A DNA stretch of 64,000 nucleotides from Alphaproteobacteria bacterium (GTDB lineage: Bacteria > Pseudomonadota > Alphaproteobacteria > UBA7887), in the NCBI GenBank assembly GCA_965216755.1, contig CBDCGL010000011.1, forward strand, positions 2,880,001-2,944,000. Direction: 5' to 3'. Numbering within the stretch: the stretch's first letter is position 1; every line of letters begins with the position of its first letter. This document shows positions 26,812 to 36,400 of this stretch, one piece after another. The translations under genes were made by a program, and so were the position numbers. Below the pieces are notes generated by a model, which saw only the letters and a list, made by a program, of their open reading frames with translations, did not search any database and had not been told where the DNA came from.

Positions 26812-28797
26812 ATGCCGAAGATGGACCGAGCCTCCGATGACGCCTTGATCGTCTTCACGCCTTCGGGCCGGCGGGGTCGTTTTCCGGTCGGCACCGGCGT
26901 GCTGGACGCGGCGCGCGGGCTCGGTGTTGACATCGATTCGGTATGTGGCGGGCGCGGCCTGTGTGGTCACTGCCAGATCGCGGTCAGCGCTGGTGCCTTT
27001 CCGAAATTCGGATTGACGTCGGCCGCGGAACACCTGTCGCCCAAGGGCGACGTCGAAACGACGTTCGCGGATAGAAACGGGCTAGCCCCTGAACGGCGCT
27101 TGGCATGCGTTGCGGCGGCACTTGCCGATGTTGTGATCGACGTGCCGCAGGAAAGCCAAGTCCATAAGCAGGTGGTGCGCAAGCGGGCCGAAGCGCGCGC
27201 GATCGACATCGACCCCGTGATGCGTCTGCACTTTGTTACGCTGAAACCGCCGCGCCTCGACGACCAGGCGAGCGACAGGGCGCGGCTGGAAAACGCGCTC
27301 GCGGCAGACTGGGGGCTGACCGACCTTGATTGGGACCTCTCGGCCCTACACGCCCTATCTGCCGCTTTGCGTGAGGACAACTGGCAAGCGACCGTCTTGG
27401 TGCGCAACAGCCGGCAGGTCGTCGGTGTGTTGCCGGGGCTTCGTGACCGGCTGTTCGGTCTGGCGATCGATGTCGGCACGACCACCATCGCCGTTCATTT
27501 GTGCGATCTGGCTTCCGGTAGCGTCGAAGCGGCGATCGGCGCCATGAACCCGCAAATCCGGTTCGGCGAAGATGTGATGAGCCGGATCTCGTTTGTTCAG
27601 CTCAATCCGGATCAAGCAGCCGCGCCGACATCGATCGTGCGCGACGCCATCAATCAGCTCGCTAAACAAGCGGCGACGGCCGCCGGCGTTACGCCGGCGG
27701 ATATCGTCGAAGCGACCTTTGTTGGCAACCCGACCATGCATCACTTGCTGTTGGGGCTCAATCCGTTGCAGCTGGGCAGCGTGCCGTTTCCGTTGGTGAC
27801 CGATTCGGCGGTGACGGTGTCTGCGCATGCTCTCGATCTGGATCTTCATCCGGGCGCGCGCTGCTATGTGCTGCCCTGCATCGCTGGCCATGTAGGCGCC
27901 GATACCGCCGGTGTCATCCTGTCCGAGGCACCGCACCAATCGGATGCGTTGATGCTGACTGTCGATATCGGCACCAATGCGGAAATCGTGTTGGGCGACA
28001 AACGCGGCCTGGTCGCCTGTTCCTGTCCGACCGGGCCGGCTTTCGAAGGCGCGCAAATCAGTTGCGGACAAAGGGCCGCACCCGGCGCCATCGAACGCGT
28101 ACGGATTGATCGTGACACGCTGGTGCCGCGCTTCAAGGTCATTGGCTGCGACTTGTGGTCCGACGACCCGGCGTTCGCCGAGGCGGTCGCGACGCTTGGC
28201 GTCACCGGCATCTGTGGCTCCGGCATAGTCGAAGCCGTCGCCGAGATGGTTCTGGCCGGCATTGTCGCGCCGAGCGGCCTGGTCGACGGTCGGGGGCGGC
28301 AAGATCACCCGCACATCGTCCCGACCGGCCGCAGCTTCGCCTATCGCCTGCACGACGGCCCGCCGGCAATGCTGATCACCCAGCATGACGTGCGCGCCAT
28401 CCAGCTCGCCAAAGCCGCCCTGCAGGCCAGCATTCGCCTGCTGATGGAGCAGATCGGCGCGACGGTGGTCGACCGCATCGTGCTGACCGGCGCATTCGGC
28501 ACCTATATCGATCCGTTCCACGCCATGGTGCTGGGAATGATCCCTGAGTGCGATCCGACGCGGGTTGATGCAGCTGGCAACGCAGCCGGCACCGGTGCCC
28601 GCATCGCGCTGCTCAATCGCGCGGCACGCGGCGAGATCGAAACCCTGGCCCGGGCGGTGGAAAAAGTCGAAACCGCCGCCGCGCCACAATTTCAGGACTA
28701 TTTCGTGGCCGCCATGGCCTTTGCCCCAACGGTCGTGGCGGTGGAACGCGACAATGCAGGCGCGGAATCGCCGGCGCCAGCATCCATGAGGACGTAA
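26812..28797 (+). CDS. ASKHA-domain ATP-dependent reductive activator of corrinoid proteins (RamA/RACo, DUF4445) with N-terminal [2Fe-2S]
   Basis: CGGRGLCGHC...RLAC; AIDVGTTT; FGEDVMSR; DIGTNAE; GPAFEG; GICGSG; GNAAG. Confidence 0.93.
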   Translation: MPKMDRASDDALIVFTPSGRRGRFPVGTGVLDAARGLGVDIDSVCGGRGLCGHCQIAVSAGAFPKFGLTSAAEHLSPKGDVETTFADRNGLAPERRLACVAAALADVVIDVPQESQVHKQVVRKRAEARAIDIDPVMRLHFVTLKPPRLDDQASDRARLENALAADWGLTDLDWDLSALHALSAALREDNWQATVLVRNSRQVVGVLPGLRDRLFGLAIDVGTTTIAVHLCDLASGSVEAAIGAMNPQIRFGEDVMSRISFVQLNPDQAAAPTSIVRDAINQLAKQAATAAGVTPADIVEATFVGNPTMHHLLLGLNPLQLGSVPFPLVTDSAVTVSAHALDLDLHPGARCYVLPCIAGHVGADTAGVILSEAPHQSDALMLTVDIGTNAEIVLGDKRGLVACSCPTGPAFEGAQISCGQRAAPGAIERVRIDRDTLVPRFKVIGCDLWSDDPAFAEAVATLGVTGICGSGIVEAVAEMVLAGIVAPSGLVDGRGRQDHPHIVPTGRSFAYRLHDGPPAMLITQHDVRAIQLAKAALQASIRLLMEQIGATVVDRIVLTGAFGTYIDPFHAMVLGMIPECDPTRVDAAGNAAGTGARIALLNRAARGEIETLARAVEKVETAAAPQFQDYFVAAMAFAPTVVAVERDNAGAESPAPASMRT

Positions 28798-28800
28798 GCG

Positions 28801-29940
28801 ATGACGACGATTACCGGCAAGGACCGCGTGCTTGCCGCCCTGGATCACCAGCAAGCCGATCGGATCCCCATCGACTTTGGCGGCACCTATGCGACGACGA
28901 TCTATTACACCGCCTACGAACGTCTCAAAAAAATACTCAACCTAGACCACGAAACCGTAATCCTGTCCAAGATCAGACGGTTGGCGATTCCAGACGAGTC
29001 AATCCTCGATCGCTTTGATGTCGATACACGTTACTTGGCGCTGGGTGTCTACGAAGGCGATCAAAAGGATCTCGACCAAGACACGTATTTGGACGAGTGG
29101 GGCACGACGTGGCGGACCACCGGCGACGGCCATTATCTGTACGTTGACGGCCCGTTCTTCGGCACCAAACGGCCCCATATCGAAGAATTGGACAACCATG
29201 ACTGGCCTGATCCTGACAATCCCGGCTATTGCCGCGGGCTGGCCGATCGCGCAGCCGCGCTGCGGGCACGCAGCGACAGCGCGATCATCCTCAACCTGCC
29301 ACCAGGGATCGTCCACCAAACCCAGTTCGTGCGCGGCTTCGCCGATTCCCTGAAAGACCTTTATCGCAACCGCGACTTCGCCGCGCGCCTGATGACCATA
29401 ATCGCCGACCTTTGGATCCGCATTGCCGAAAACGCCCTTGAGGCGGTGGGCAACAATGTCGACATCGTGTTTTTCGGCGATGACTTAGCGACACAGCAAG
29501 CCCCGTTATTTAGCCCGGACATATATCGCGAGCTGATTAAACCCCATCATCGGCGCATGGTCGCGGCGCTAAAGGCGCATGATGTGGCGGTCATTTATCA
29601 CAGTTGCGGTGCGGTCTCGTCGCTCATCCAGGACTTAATCGACATTGACATCGATGCCATCAATCCGGTTCAAGTCGGCGCCAAACATATGGATCCAGGG
29701 GCGTTGAAGGACGCTTTCGGCGATCGGGTGACTTTTTGGGGCGGCATCGATACCCAAGGCGTGTTGCCGTTCGGCAGCACGAACGACGTCCGTGCCGAGG
29801 TCGATCGCATGATCGATTGCCTGGGTGCCGGCGGCGGTTACGTGCTCAACAGTGTCCACAACATCCAAGACGACGTGCCGGCCGAGAACATTGTCGCGAT
29901 GTTCGACGAAGCCCGCACATATCGCCCTCGTTGGGCGTGA
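28801..29940 (+). CDS. UroD/MtaA-CmuA family corrinoid methyltransferase (copy 2)
   Basis: DRVLAALDHQQADRIPIDFGG, GDDLATQ, YHSCG, FWGGIDTQ, LNSVHNIQ; clear paralog of 24991-26148. Confidence 0.85.
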   Translation: MTTITGKDRVLAALDHQQADRIPIDFGGTYATTIYYTAYERLKKILNLDHETVILSKIRRLAIPDESILDRFDVDTRYLALGVYEGDQKDLDQDTYLDEWGTTWRTTGDGHYLYVDGPFFGTKRPHIEELDNHDWPDPDNPGYCRGLADRAAALRARSDSAIILNLPPGIVHQTQFVRGFADSLKDLYRNRDFAARLMTIIADLWIRIAENALEAVGNNVDIVFFGDDLATQQAPLFSPDIYRELIKPHHRRMVAALKAHDVAVIYHSCGAVSSLIQDLIDIDIDAINPVQVGAKHMDPGALKDAFGDRVTFWGGIDTQGVLPFGSTNDVRAEVDRMIDCLGAGGGYVLNSVHNIQDDVPAENIVAMFDEARTYRPRWA

Positions 29941-29970
29941 CCGGCAACGGTCGCTGCGAGAGAGGTGGAC

Positions 29971-30984
29971 ATGACGAATTGCTTGCAGGCCTTATTGGCA
30001 ACCAAGTCGGTGATCATCGCCGACGGCGCCATGGGCACCAGTCTTATGGCGTTGGGGTTCGATTCGCGCGGCGCGACCGAGCTGTGGAACCGTGACCATC
30101 CCGACCAGGTCCGCGCGGTACACGCCGAGTTTCTGGCCGCCGGATCCGATATTATCCTCACCAACAGTTTTGGTGCTAATCGTATGCGCCTCGGGTCGCA
30201 TGGCGCCGCCGATCAAGTTGCGGCCTTGAATGGTGCGGCCGCGGCCCTGGCGCGCGAAGCCGCAGACATATCGGATCGGCCCGTTTTGGTCGCCGGGTCA
30301 ATCGGGCCGACGGGAAAGTTGCCCCGGCCTTACGGCCCCCTCTCCGACGAGGAGGCCTACGATGTTTTCACCGAGCAAGCGGCGGCCCTGGTTGCGGGCG
30401 GCGTCGACCTCCTCTGGCTGGAAACCTTCGCTGCTATCGAGGAGCTGGGGGCCGCGCTCGCCGCAGCGGCGCAAACCGGCATGCCGGTGGTCGCCACCAT
30501 GACATTTGACACCCATGGCCGCACCATGATGGGGGTTACACCGGCAAAGGCACGGCACGCAATCCACGACCAACCCGCGCCGCCAGCCGCGTTTGGCGCC
30601 AATTGCGGTATCGGTCCGGCACCACTTGTCGATAGCCTGCTGGGATTGGCCGCCGCCTCCGGTCCCGACGATGCGATCGTCGCCAAAAGCAACTGCGGCG
30701 TCCCCACCTATCGCGATGGCACGGTCGTCTATGACGGTACGCCGGCAGTCATGGGCCGGTATGCCTGCCTGGCCCGCGATGCCGGAGCGCGCGTGATCGG
30801 GGGGTGCTGTGGCACTACGCCAGAACATATTCAGGCAATGGTTGACGCGTTGGCGGCGGAGCCACGCGCGGCAGCGCCGGACCGCGCCAAGATCGAAATG
30901 GAACTCGGCCCACTGCCGGCGCCGCCGGCCACCGCCCGGCGCGCGCGGGGCGCCCGGCACCGACGCTCGACAAGCGGCTCCTGA
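29971..30984 (+). CDS. bmt: Homocysteine S-methyltransferase domain protein (Bmt / split methionine synthase Hcy-binding subunit)
   Basis: DGAMGT, TNSFGAN, GSIGPTG, GRTMMG, GANCG and GGCCGT (Zn ligands intact). Confidence 0.88.
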   Translation: MTNCLQALLATKSVIIADGAMGTSLMALGFDSRGATELWNRDHPDQVRAVHAEFLAAGSDIILTNSFGANRMRLGSHGAADQVAALNGAAAALAREAADISDRPVLVAGSIGPTGKLPRPYGPLSDEEAYDVFTEQAAALVAGGVDLLWLETFAAIEELGAALAAAAQTGMPVVATMTFDTHGRTMMGVTPAKARHAIHDQPAPPAAFGANCGIGPAPLVDSLLGLAAASGPDDAIVAKSNCGVPTYRDGTVVYDGTPAVMGRYACLARDAGARVIGGCCGTTPEHIQAMVDALAAEPRAAAPDRAKIEMELGPLPAPPATARRARGARHRRSTSGS

Positions 30985-30992
30985 CCCGCGCC

Positions 30993-31021
30993 TTGCCGTT
31001 GCCGAACAGCCGCCGTATAAG
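30993..31021 (+). promoter_or_regulatory. Putative sigma70 promoter for the ilvD-like gene
   Basis: TTGCCG-N17-TATAAG. Confidence 0.5.
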
Positions 31022-31074
31022 CGGTGGGATCGGATTCCATCCGTGCTGTTATCCAGGAAAAGAGGGTTTCACTT

Positions 31075-32925
31075 ATGCCGGCATATCGGTCTCATCGCAC
31101 AACCCAGGGCGACACCCAGGCCGCCGCGCGCGCGCTGTGGCGCGCGACCGGTACGGCGGAAGCCGACCTGGCCAAGCCGATCGTCGCCATCGCCAATTCG
31201 TTCACGCAATTCGTGCCCGGACACGTGCATCTGAAGGATTTAGGCCAGCTGGTCGCGAAAGAAGTGCAAGCCGCCGGCGCTGTCGCGAAGGAATTCAATA
31301 CCATTGCCGTCGATGACGGCATCGCCATGGGTCATGACGGCATGTTGTACAGCCTGCCGTCGCGTGAGCTGATCGCCGACGCCGTCGAATATATGGTGGA
31401 GGCCCACTGTGCCGACGCGTTGGTCTGCATTTCCAATTGCGACAAGATCACGCCCGGCATGCTGATGGCCGCCATGCGTTTGAACATTCCGACTATTTTC
31501 GTGTCCGGCGGCCCAATGGAAGCCGGCAAGGCGGTGATCGGCCAGGAAGAACAGAAGCTCGACGCGGTTTCAGCGCTGGTCGCCGGTGGCGATCCCAACA
31601 TGGCGGCCGACACGCGTACGGAGATCGAGCGCATCGCCTGCCCCACCTGCGGCTCGTGCGCCGGCATGTTTACCGCCAATTCGATGAATTGCTTGGCCGA
31701 GGCACTTGGGCTGGCATTGCCCGGCAACGGCACCCTGGTCGCCACCCATGCCCATCGGCGCGCGCTGTTCGTGCAAGCCGGCCAGCGCATCGTCGATCTG
31801 CTACGCAGCTACTACGATCAAGACGACAGCAGCGTGCTGCCGCGTCATATCGCCACACGGCAAGCGTTTAAGAACGCCATGACCATGGACATTGCCATGG
31901 GCGGATCCACCAACACCGTACTGCATTTGTTGGCGGCGGCATTCGAGGGTGAAATCGATTTCACCATGGCCGACATTGACCGCATGTCGCGCGAAGTCCC
32001 CAATCTGTGCAAAGTCTCGCCGGCGGTCGCCCACTATCACGTCGAAGACGTGCATCGGGCCGGCGGGGTCATCGGCATTTTGGGCGAGCTTGACCGGGCC
32101 GGGCTACTGGACGCAAGCGTTCGCAATATCATGGGCGAGACGCTCGCCGAGACCCTCGACAAGTGGGATGTGCGGCGCGCCAATTCACCTGAGGTCGAAG
32201 CGTTTTATCGGGCGGCGCCGGGCCGCGTGCGCAGCATTCAAGCGTTCAGCCAAAACGCGACGTACGATGCCTTGGACCTGGATCGCACGGCGGGCTGCGT
32301 CCGCGATGTCGCGCACGCCTATAGCCAAGATGGCGGTTTGGCGGTTTTGTTCGGCAACATCGCCGGGGATGGCTGCATCGTGAAAACCGCCGGCGTCGAC
32401 GAAAGTATCCTCAGGTTTCGCGGGCCGGCGATTGTTTTTGAAAGCCAAGATGCCGCCGTCGCCGGCATTTTGGGCGGCGACGTCAAAGCCGGCGACGTGG
32501 TCGTGATCCGCTATGAGGGACCGCGCGGTGGCCCGGGCATGCAGGAAATGCTGATGCCGACCAGCATGCTGAAAGCGGTCGGCCTGGGTACGGTCTGCGC
32601 GTTGATCACCGACGGTCGGTTTTCGGGCGCGACATCCGGTCTGTCGATCGGCCACATTTCACCCGAAGCGGGCGAAGGCGGTGCGATCGCCTTGATCGCG
32701 CCGGGCGACAAGATCGTCATTGACATTCCCGCGCGCCGGATCGACGTGGCGATTGGCGAGGCCGAGATGACCCAGCGCCGCGCCGCCATGGATGCTCGCG
32801 AAGACGGCGGTTGGCGCCCCGAGAACCGCGATCGGACCGTCTCGCGGGCGCTGCGCGCTTATGGAGCGTTGGCGCGCAGTGCCGCTTTTGGCGCGGTCCG
32901 TGACCCATCTCTGGTCGGTCACTAG
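31075..32925 (+). CDS. ilvD: Dihydroxy-acid dehydratase (IlvD/Edd family; possibly a divergent paralog)
   Basis: [51 protein letters not shown]. Confidence 0.9.
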   Translation: MPAYRSHRTTQGDTQAAARALWRATGTAEADLAKPIVAIANSFTQFVPGHVHLKDLGQLVAKEVQAAGAVAKEFNTIAVDDGIAMGHDGMLYSLPSRELIADAVEYMVEAHCADALVCISNCDKITPGMLMAAMRLNIPTIFVSGGPMEAGKAVIGQEEQKLDAVSALVAGGDPNMAADTRTEIERIACPTCGSCAGMFTANSMNCLAEALGLALPGNGTLVATHAHRRALFVQAGQRIVDLLRSYYDQDDSSVLPRHIATRQAFKNAMTMDIAMGGSTNTVLHLLAAAFEGEIDFTMADIDRMSREVPNLCKVSPAVAHYHVEDVHRAGGVIGILGELDRAGLLDASVRNIMGETLAETLDKWDVRRANSPEVEAFYRAAPGRVRSIQAFSQNATYDALDLDRTAGCVRDVAHAYSQDGGLAVLFGNIAGDGCIVKTAGVDESILRFRGPAIVFESQDAAVAGILGGDVKAGDVVVIRYEGPRGGPGMQEMLMPTSMLKAVGLGTVCALITDGRFSGATSGLSIGHISPEAGEGGAIALIAPGDKIVIDIPARRIDVAIGEAEMTQRRAAMDAREDGGWRPENRDRTVSRALRAYGALARSAAFGAVRDPSLVGH

Positions 32926-32956
32926 TCGTATTGAGTTCCGTGAGGGAGAGCTTGCC

Positions 32957-33727
32957 ATGAGACTTGAAAACAAAGTTGCCATGATCAGCGCCGCCGCGTC
33001 AGGCATGGGGCGTGCCGGCGCGCTGCTTTTCGCCAAGGAAGGCGCAAAGGTGGTCGCCGTCGATATCGACGAACAGCGAGTCAACGCGGTCGCGCAAGCG
33101 GTCAAGGACCAAGGCGGCGAGGCCATCGCCGTGGTCGCGGACTTGACCAAGGACGACGAATCGAAGCGCATTGTCCACGCCGCCGTTGACGGCTTCGGCG
33201 GCCTTGACGTTCTATGGAATCATGTCGGCCATCCCGGTCCGGGACGCATCGAGGGCGTCGACATGGGTGATTATGCGCTGGCTATGGATTTGAACGTTCG
33301 CTCCGTTTTGGTGACCACGGCGGAAGCTTTGCCGGCCCTGCGCGCCCGCGGCGGCGGCAATATCCTTTTTACCGCCTCGATCGCCGGCTTGGCCGGCTCA
33401 CCATTTAGCCCCATCTATTCGGCCGCCAAGTTCGGTGTGGTCGGCCTGATGCAATCGATGGCGTGCCGGTATGCGCCGGAAAACATTCGTGTCAATGCGG
33501 TTTGCCCGGCGCCCATCGACACACCTATGTTGGACATTTTCATGAAGCGGCCGGATACCCAGGGCAATCGTGAGGAGAACGAAGCGCGCATGAAACAGGC
33601 GATTCCGCTCGGCCGCGTCGGACGCCCCGAGGAGGTCGCCGCCGCAGCCTTGTTCCTGTGTTCAGACGAATCGTCGTTTATTACCGGCGTGGCGCTGCCG
33701 ATCGACGGCGGCTATACCGCGCGCTAA
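32957..33727 (+). CDS. Short-chain dehydrogenase/reductase
   Basis: SAAASGMG (variant of TGxxxGxG), YSAAK, IRVNAVCP, DGG. Confidence 0.9.
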   Translation: MRLENKVAMISAAASGMGRAGALLFAKEGAKVVAVDIDEQRVNAVAQAVKDQGGEAIAVVADLTKDDESKRIVHAAVDGFGGLDVLWNHVGHPGPGRIEGVDMGDYALAMDLNVRSVLVTTAEALPALRARGGGNILFTASIAGLAGSPFSPIYSAAKFGVVGLMQSMACRYAPENIRVNAVCPAPIDTPMLDIFMKRPDTQGNREENEARMKQAIPLGRVGRPEEVAAAALFLCSDESSFITGVALPIDGGYTAR

Positions 33728-33757
33728 ACAAATCTCCGGCCAGAAGCATTGCGCGTC

Positions 33758-34564
33758 GTGAGCACGCAAAAAAGGAGCGATCTGGCCGCGCCGATCATCG
33801 CCACGAAACAGTATCACGCGCAGCCCGTGTTCCGCCCGGAGAACCTGCTGCGCGAGGCACGTCGGCAAAAAGGACTTCAAACCGGCAAGGTGCCGCCTTT
33901 GTGCGTGCTTGACCCAGACGGCGATATCGTTCGCTATCTAATTGCCACCAAGGCCGCGCAACGGGATGCCCGGTGGCCCTGTTATCATTCCGAGTTGTTC
34001 CAATTCGTCCGCAATGAATGGAAAATCGGCATTATCGGTTGTGCCGTGGGCGCGCCCTACGCTGTGTTATTAGCGGAGCAACTTTTTGCGTCGGGCTGTC
34101 AGCTGCTGGTCAGCATCACGTCCGCCGGGCAGCTTATGCCGTTGGGACCAACCCCCTATTTTGTCCTGGTGGAAAAGGCGCTGCGGGATGAAGGCACCAG
34201 CTATCATTATCTGCCACCGGCGGAGTTCGCGGAAGCCGATCCGCGCTTGATTGAACGCGTCACGCCCTTGTTGTCAGTTGCCGCGCCGGTTGTCGTGCGC
34301 GGCGCGACATGGACGACCGACGCGCCATTTCGCGAAACCGAATCCGTGATCGCGGCGGGTCGCAACCGAGGACTGGCCGCAATCGAGATGGAATGCGCGG
34401 CGCTTTACGCCTTTGCCCGCGCGCGCGGCAAACCGGTCGTCTGTTTGGCCCATGTGACGAACACCATGGCGGTGACAGAAGGCGATTTCGAAAAAGGCAG
34501 CCACCAAGGGGCGCTCGACGCGCTGGCCCTGGTTGACGCGCTCGTGCCACATGTCGCGGAATGA
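33758..34564 (+). CDS. Nucleoside phosphorylase (PNP/UDP family)
   Basis: VGAPYA, RDEGTSYHY, TWTTDAPFRET, IEME. Confidence 0.85.
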   Translation: MSTQKRSDLAAPIIATKQYHAQPVFRPENLLREARRQKGLQTGKVPPLCVLDPDGDIVRYLIATKAAQRDARWPCYHSELFQFVRNEWKIGIIGCAVGAPYAVLLAEQLFASGCQLLVSITSAGQLMPLGPTPYFVLVEKALRDEGTSYHYLPPAEFAEADPRLIERVTPLLSVAAPVVVRGATWTTDAPFRETESVIAAGRNRGLAAIEMECAALYAFARARGKPVVCLAHVTNTMAVTEGDFEKGSHQGALDALALVDALVPHVAE

Positions 34565-34650
34565 CGCGCGCGCCATGTGTGTGTGATACCTTTTTTGCTT
34601 CGAAGAGATTGGGCACCGATCCACATAACCGAGCTTGGCCCTAAGGCCGG

Positions 34651-34761
34651 GCTGATGCCGTGGCTGTCTCGGCCGTGTCCGATGACGACGCCAAGGCCAA
34701 ATATCCCGACGGCTGGAAAGCCCCGCTGCCTTGTTTGCGGACCGTTCCACAGCCGCAGTAG
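34651..34761 (+). pseudogene. C-terminal remnant of a 1-Cys peroxiredoxin (Prx6)
   Basis: Frame reads ADAVAVSAVSDDDAKAKYPDGWKAPLPCLRTVPQPQ*, resembling the Prx6 tail (VSDEEAKxxxPxGWxxPxPYLRxVPQP); in-frame TAA at 34642 and no thioredoxin domain. Confidence 0.65.
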
Positions 34762-34982
34762 GCAGGCATTTGGCGACGTCGGTCGATTCGCTGGACCGAC
34801 AATGCCCAAGGCGTCTCATTCAGTAAGGGCCAGCGCACGCGCGCGCCGGCCGCTTTGCTTGTGGTATAAATCGACGCAGTCCATCATGCGGGCGCAACAC
34901 GCGCGAGAGGACGTCGCGGCCGACCGTTGAAGTCATCGGGCGGTCCGTCTGACGCCACATGGCGCAAACGGGGGAATGCGAC

Positions 34983-35546
34983 ATGTCACTGTTACTGCTG
35001 GGGCTGCTGCTGTGGTGTGTGGTGCACTTGACACCCGGTCTCGCGCCGGGACTGCGCACCAACGTGATCGCGCGCACAAGCGAGGCGACATGGAAGGGCG
35101 GATTTGCCTTGCTGGTCGTGTTGTCAATTGTGCTCATGGTGTTCGGATGGCGCGCGACCACGGTCACGACGCTCTACGACCCGCCGCTTTGGGGTCCGGG
35201 CGCAACGCGATTTTTGGTATTGGTCAGTTTCGTCCTGTTCGCAGCGGCCAATATGAAAACCAACATCAAGCGCATCATCCGCCACCCGCAGCTGTCTGGC
35301 TTGATCATTTGGGCGATCGGCCATTTGTTGGCCAATGGTGAGAACCGGTCGGTGCTGCTGTTCGCCGTGCTTGGAATTTGGGCCGCGGTTGAGATTGCCG
35401 TGATCAACCGCCGCGATGGGCCACGCACGGTGCCGGCAGCTGTACCCATCGCCAAAGATATCATTCCGATCGCCGGCGGCGCGGTTGTCTATGTCGTGTT
35501 TGTTTTATTGCACCCCTATTTGTTCGGTGTATCGCCGCTTGGCTAG
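34983..35546 (+). CDS. nnrU: NnrU family membrane protein
   Basis: LGLLLWCVVHL, IIRHPQL, WAIGHLLANG, LHPYLFGVSP. Confidence 0.88.
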   Translation: MSLLLLGLLLWCVVHLTPGLAPGLRTNVIARTSEATWKGGFALLVVLSIVLMVFGWRATTVTTLYDPPLWGPGATRFLVLVSFVLFAAANMKTNIKRIIRHPQLSGLIIWAIGHLLANGENRSVLLFAVLGIWAAVEIAVINRRDGPRTVPAAVPIAKDIIPIAGGAVVYVVFVLLHPYLFGVSPLG

Positions 35547-35697
35547 TCGCCGCGGCATGCCCCCGCCGACAGTATGGTTTTTTGGTCGTGTGGCCCAGGT
35601 TCGGTGGTTGCGCGCGTGTGCCCGTTGTCAATTGTCGTTTGACATTGCCAAATGACGCGCGTCAGCCGCGACACCGTGTAAAGATGGTGGCGAACCG

Positions 35698-36336
35698 ATG
35701 GTGTTGACGAAGGAAACATTGAAGCGATGGCGCCAGCAATGGCGCGAACGCCAATGGGAAAAAGAACACGACCGCGAACGTGTGCGGTTTGTGGAGAAGA
35801 TGCTGCCCAAGAATGGCGTCGGCGCCGAACTCGGCGTGTTCAAAGGCCAATTCACGCCGTTCCTGCTGCGCCATGCCACGCCCGTCAAGCTGCATCTGAT
35901 CGATCCTTGGTACATGCTCACCGACTATTGGCATTGGGGGACCGGCAACCGCAGCACGGTCGAAGCGGTGGTCGAGCTTCTCAAGACCTGGAAAAAAGAA
36001 ATCGAGCGTCAGCAGATCGTCGTCCACATCGGCGATGACAGAGATATTCTGCCGACGTTTCCCGATCAATATTTTGACTGGGTCTATGTCGACTCAAGCC
36101 ACGACTATGACCACACCGCGGCCGAGCTCGCCGTGCTGAAATCCAAGGTCAAGGCGGATGGTATCATCGCCGGCGACGATTGGCGGCCCGATCCCGCCAA
36201 TCGGCATCACGGAGTCTATAAGGCGGTGAACGAATTTGTTCGCGATCACGCCTATGAAATCATCTACGAGAGCGCCGAGGATGGTCAGTGGGCCATCGCC
36301 ACCTCGGCTTTTGACGGGCGCGTGCGGCTGCCGTAG
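35698..36336 (+). CDS. Class I SAM-dependent methyltransferase (Methyltransf_24-like)
   Basis: GAELGVFKG, LIDPW, DWVYVDSSHDY, IAGDD. Confidence 0.85.
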   Translation: MVLTKETLKRWRQQWRERQWEKEHDRERVRFVEKMLPKNGVGAELGVFKGQFTPFLLRHATPVKLHLIDPWYMLTDYWHWGTGNRSTVEAVVELLKTWKKEIERQQIVVHIGDDRDILPTFPDQYFDWVYVDSSHDYDHTAAELAVLKSKVKADGIIAGDDWRPDPANRHHGVYKAVNEFVRDHAYEIIYESAEDGQWAIATSAFDGRVRLP

Positions 36337-36400
36337 ACACGCGGTCGACGCATCAATTGTGTGTCAACGTATCAACGAAGATTGAGGCTGTAACGTCACC

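Noticed and set aside
24991-29940. hemE (true uroporphyrinogen decarboxylase)
   Set aside because: No W-x-MRQAGR signature; the HxCG motif and corrinoid context point to the methyltransferase branch.
24312-30984. Pyrrolysine or selenocysteine read-through in the methyltransferases
   Set aside because: All ORFs are full length with no in-frame TAG or TGA interrupting a domain.
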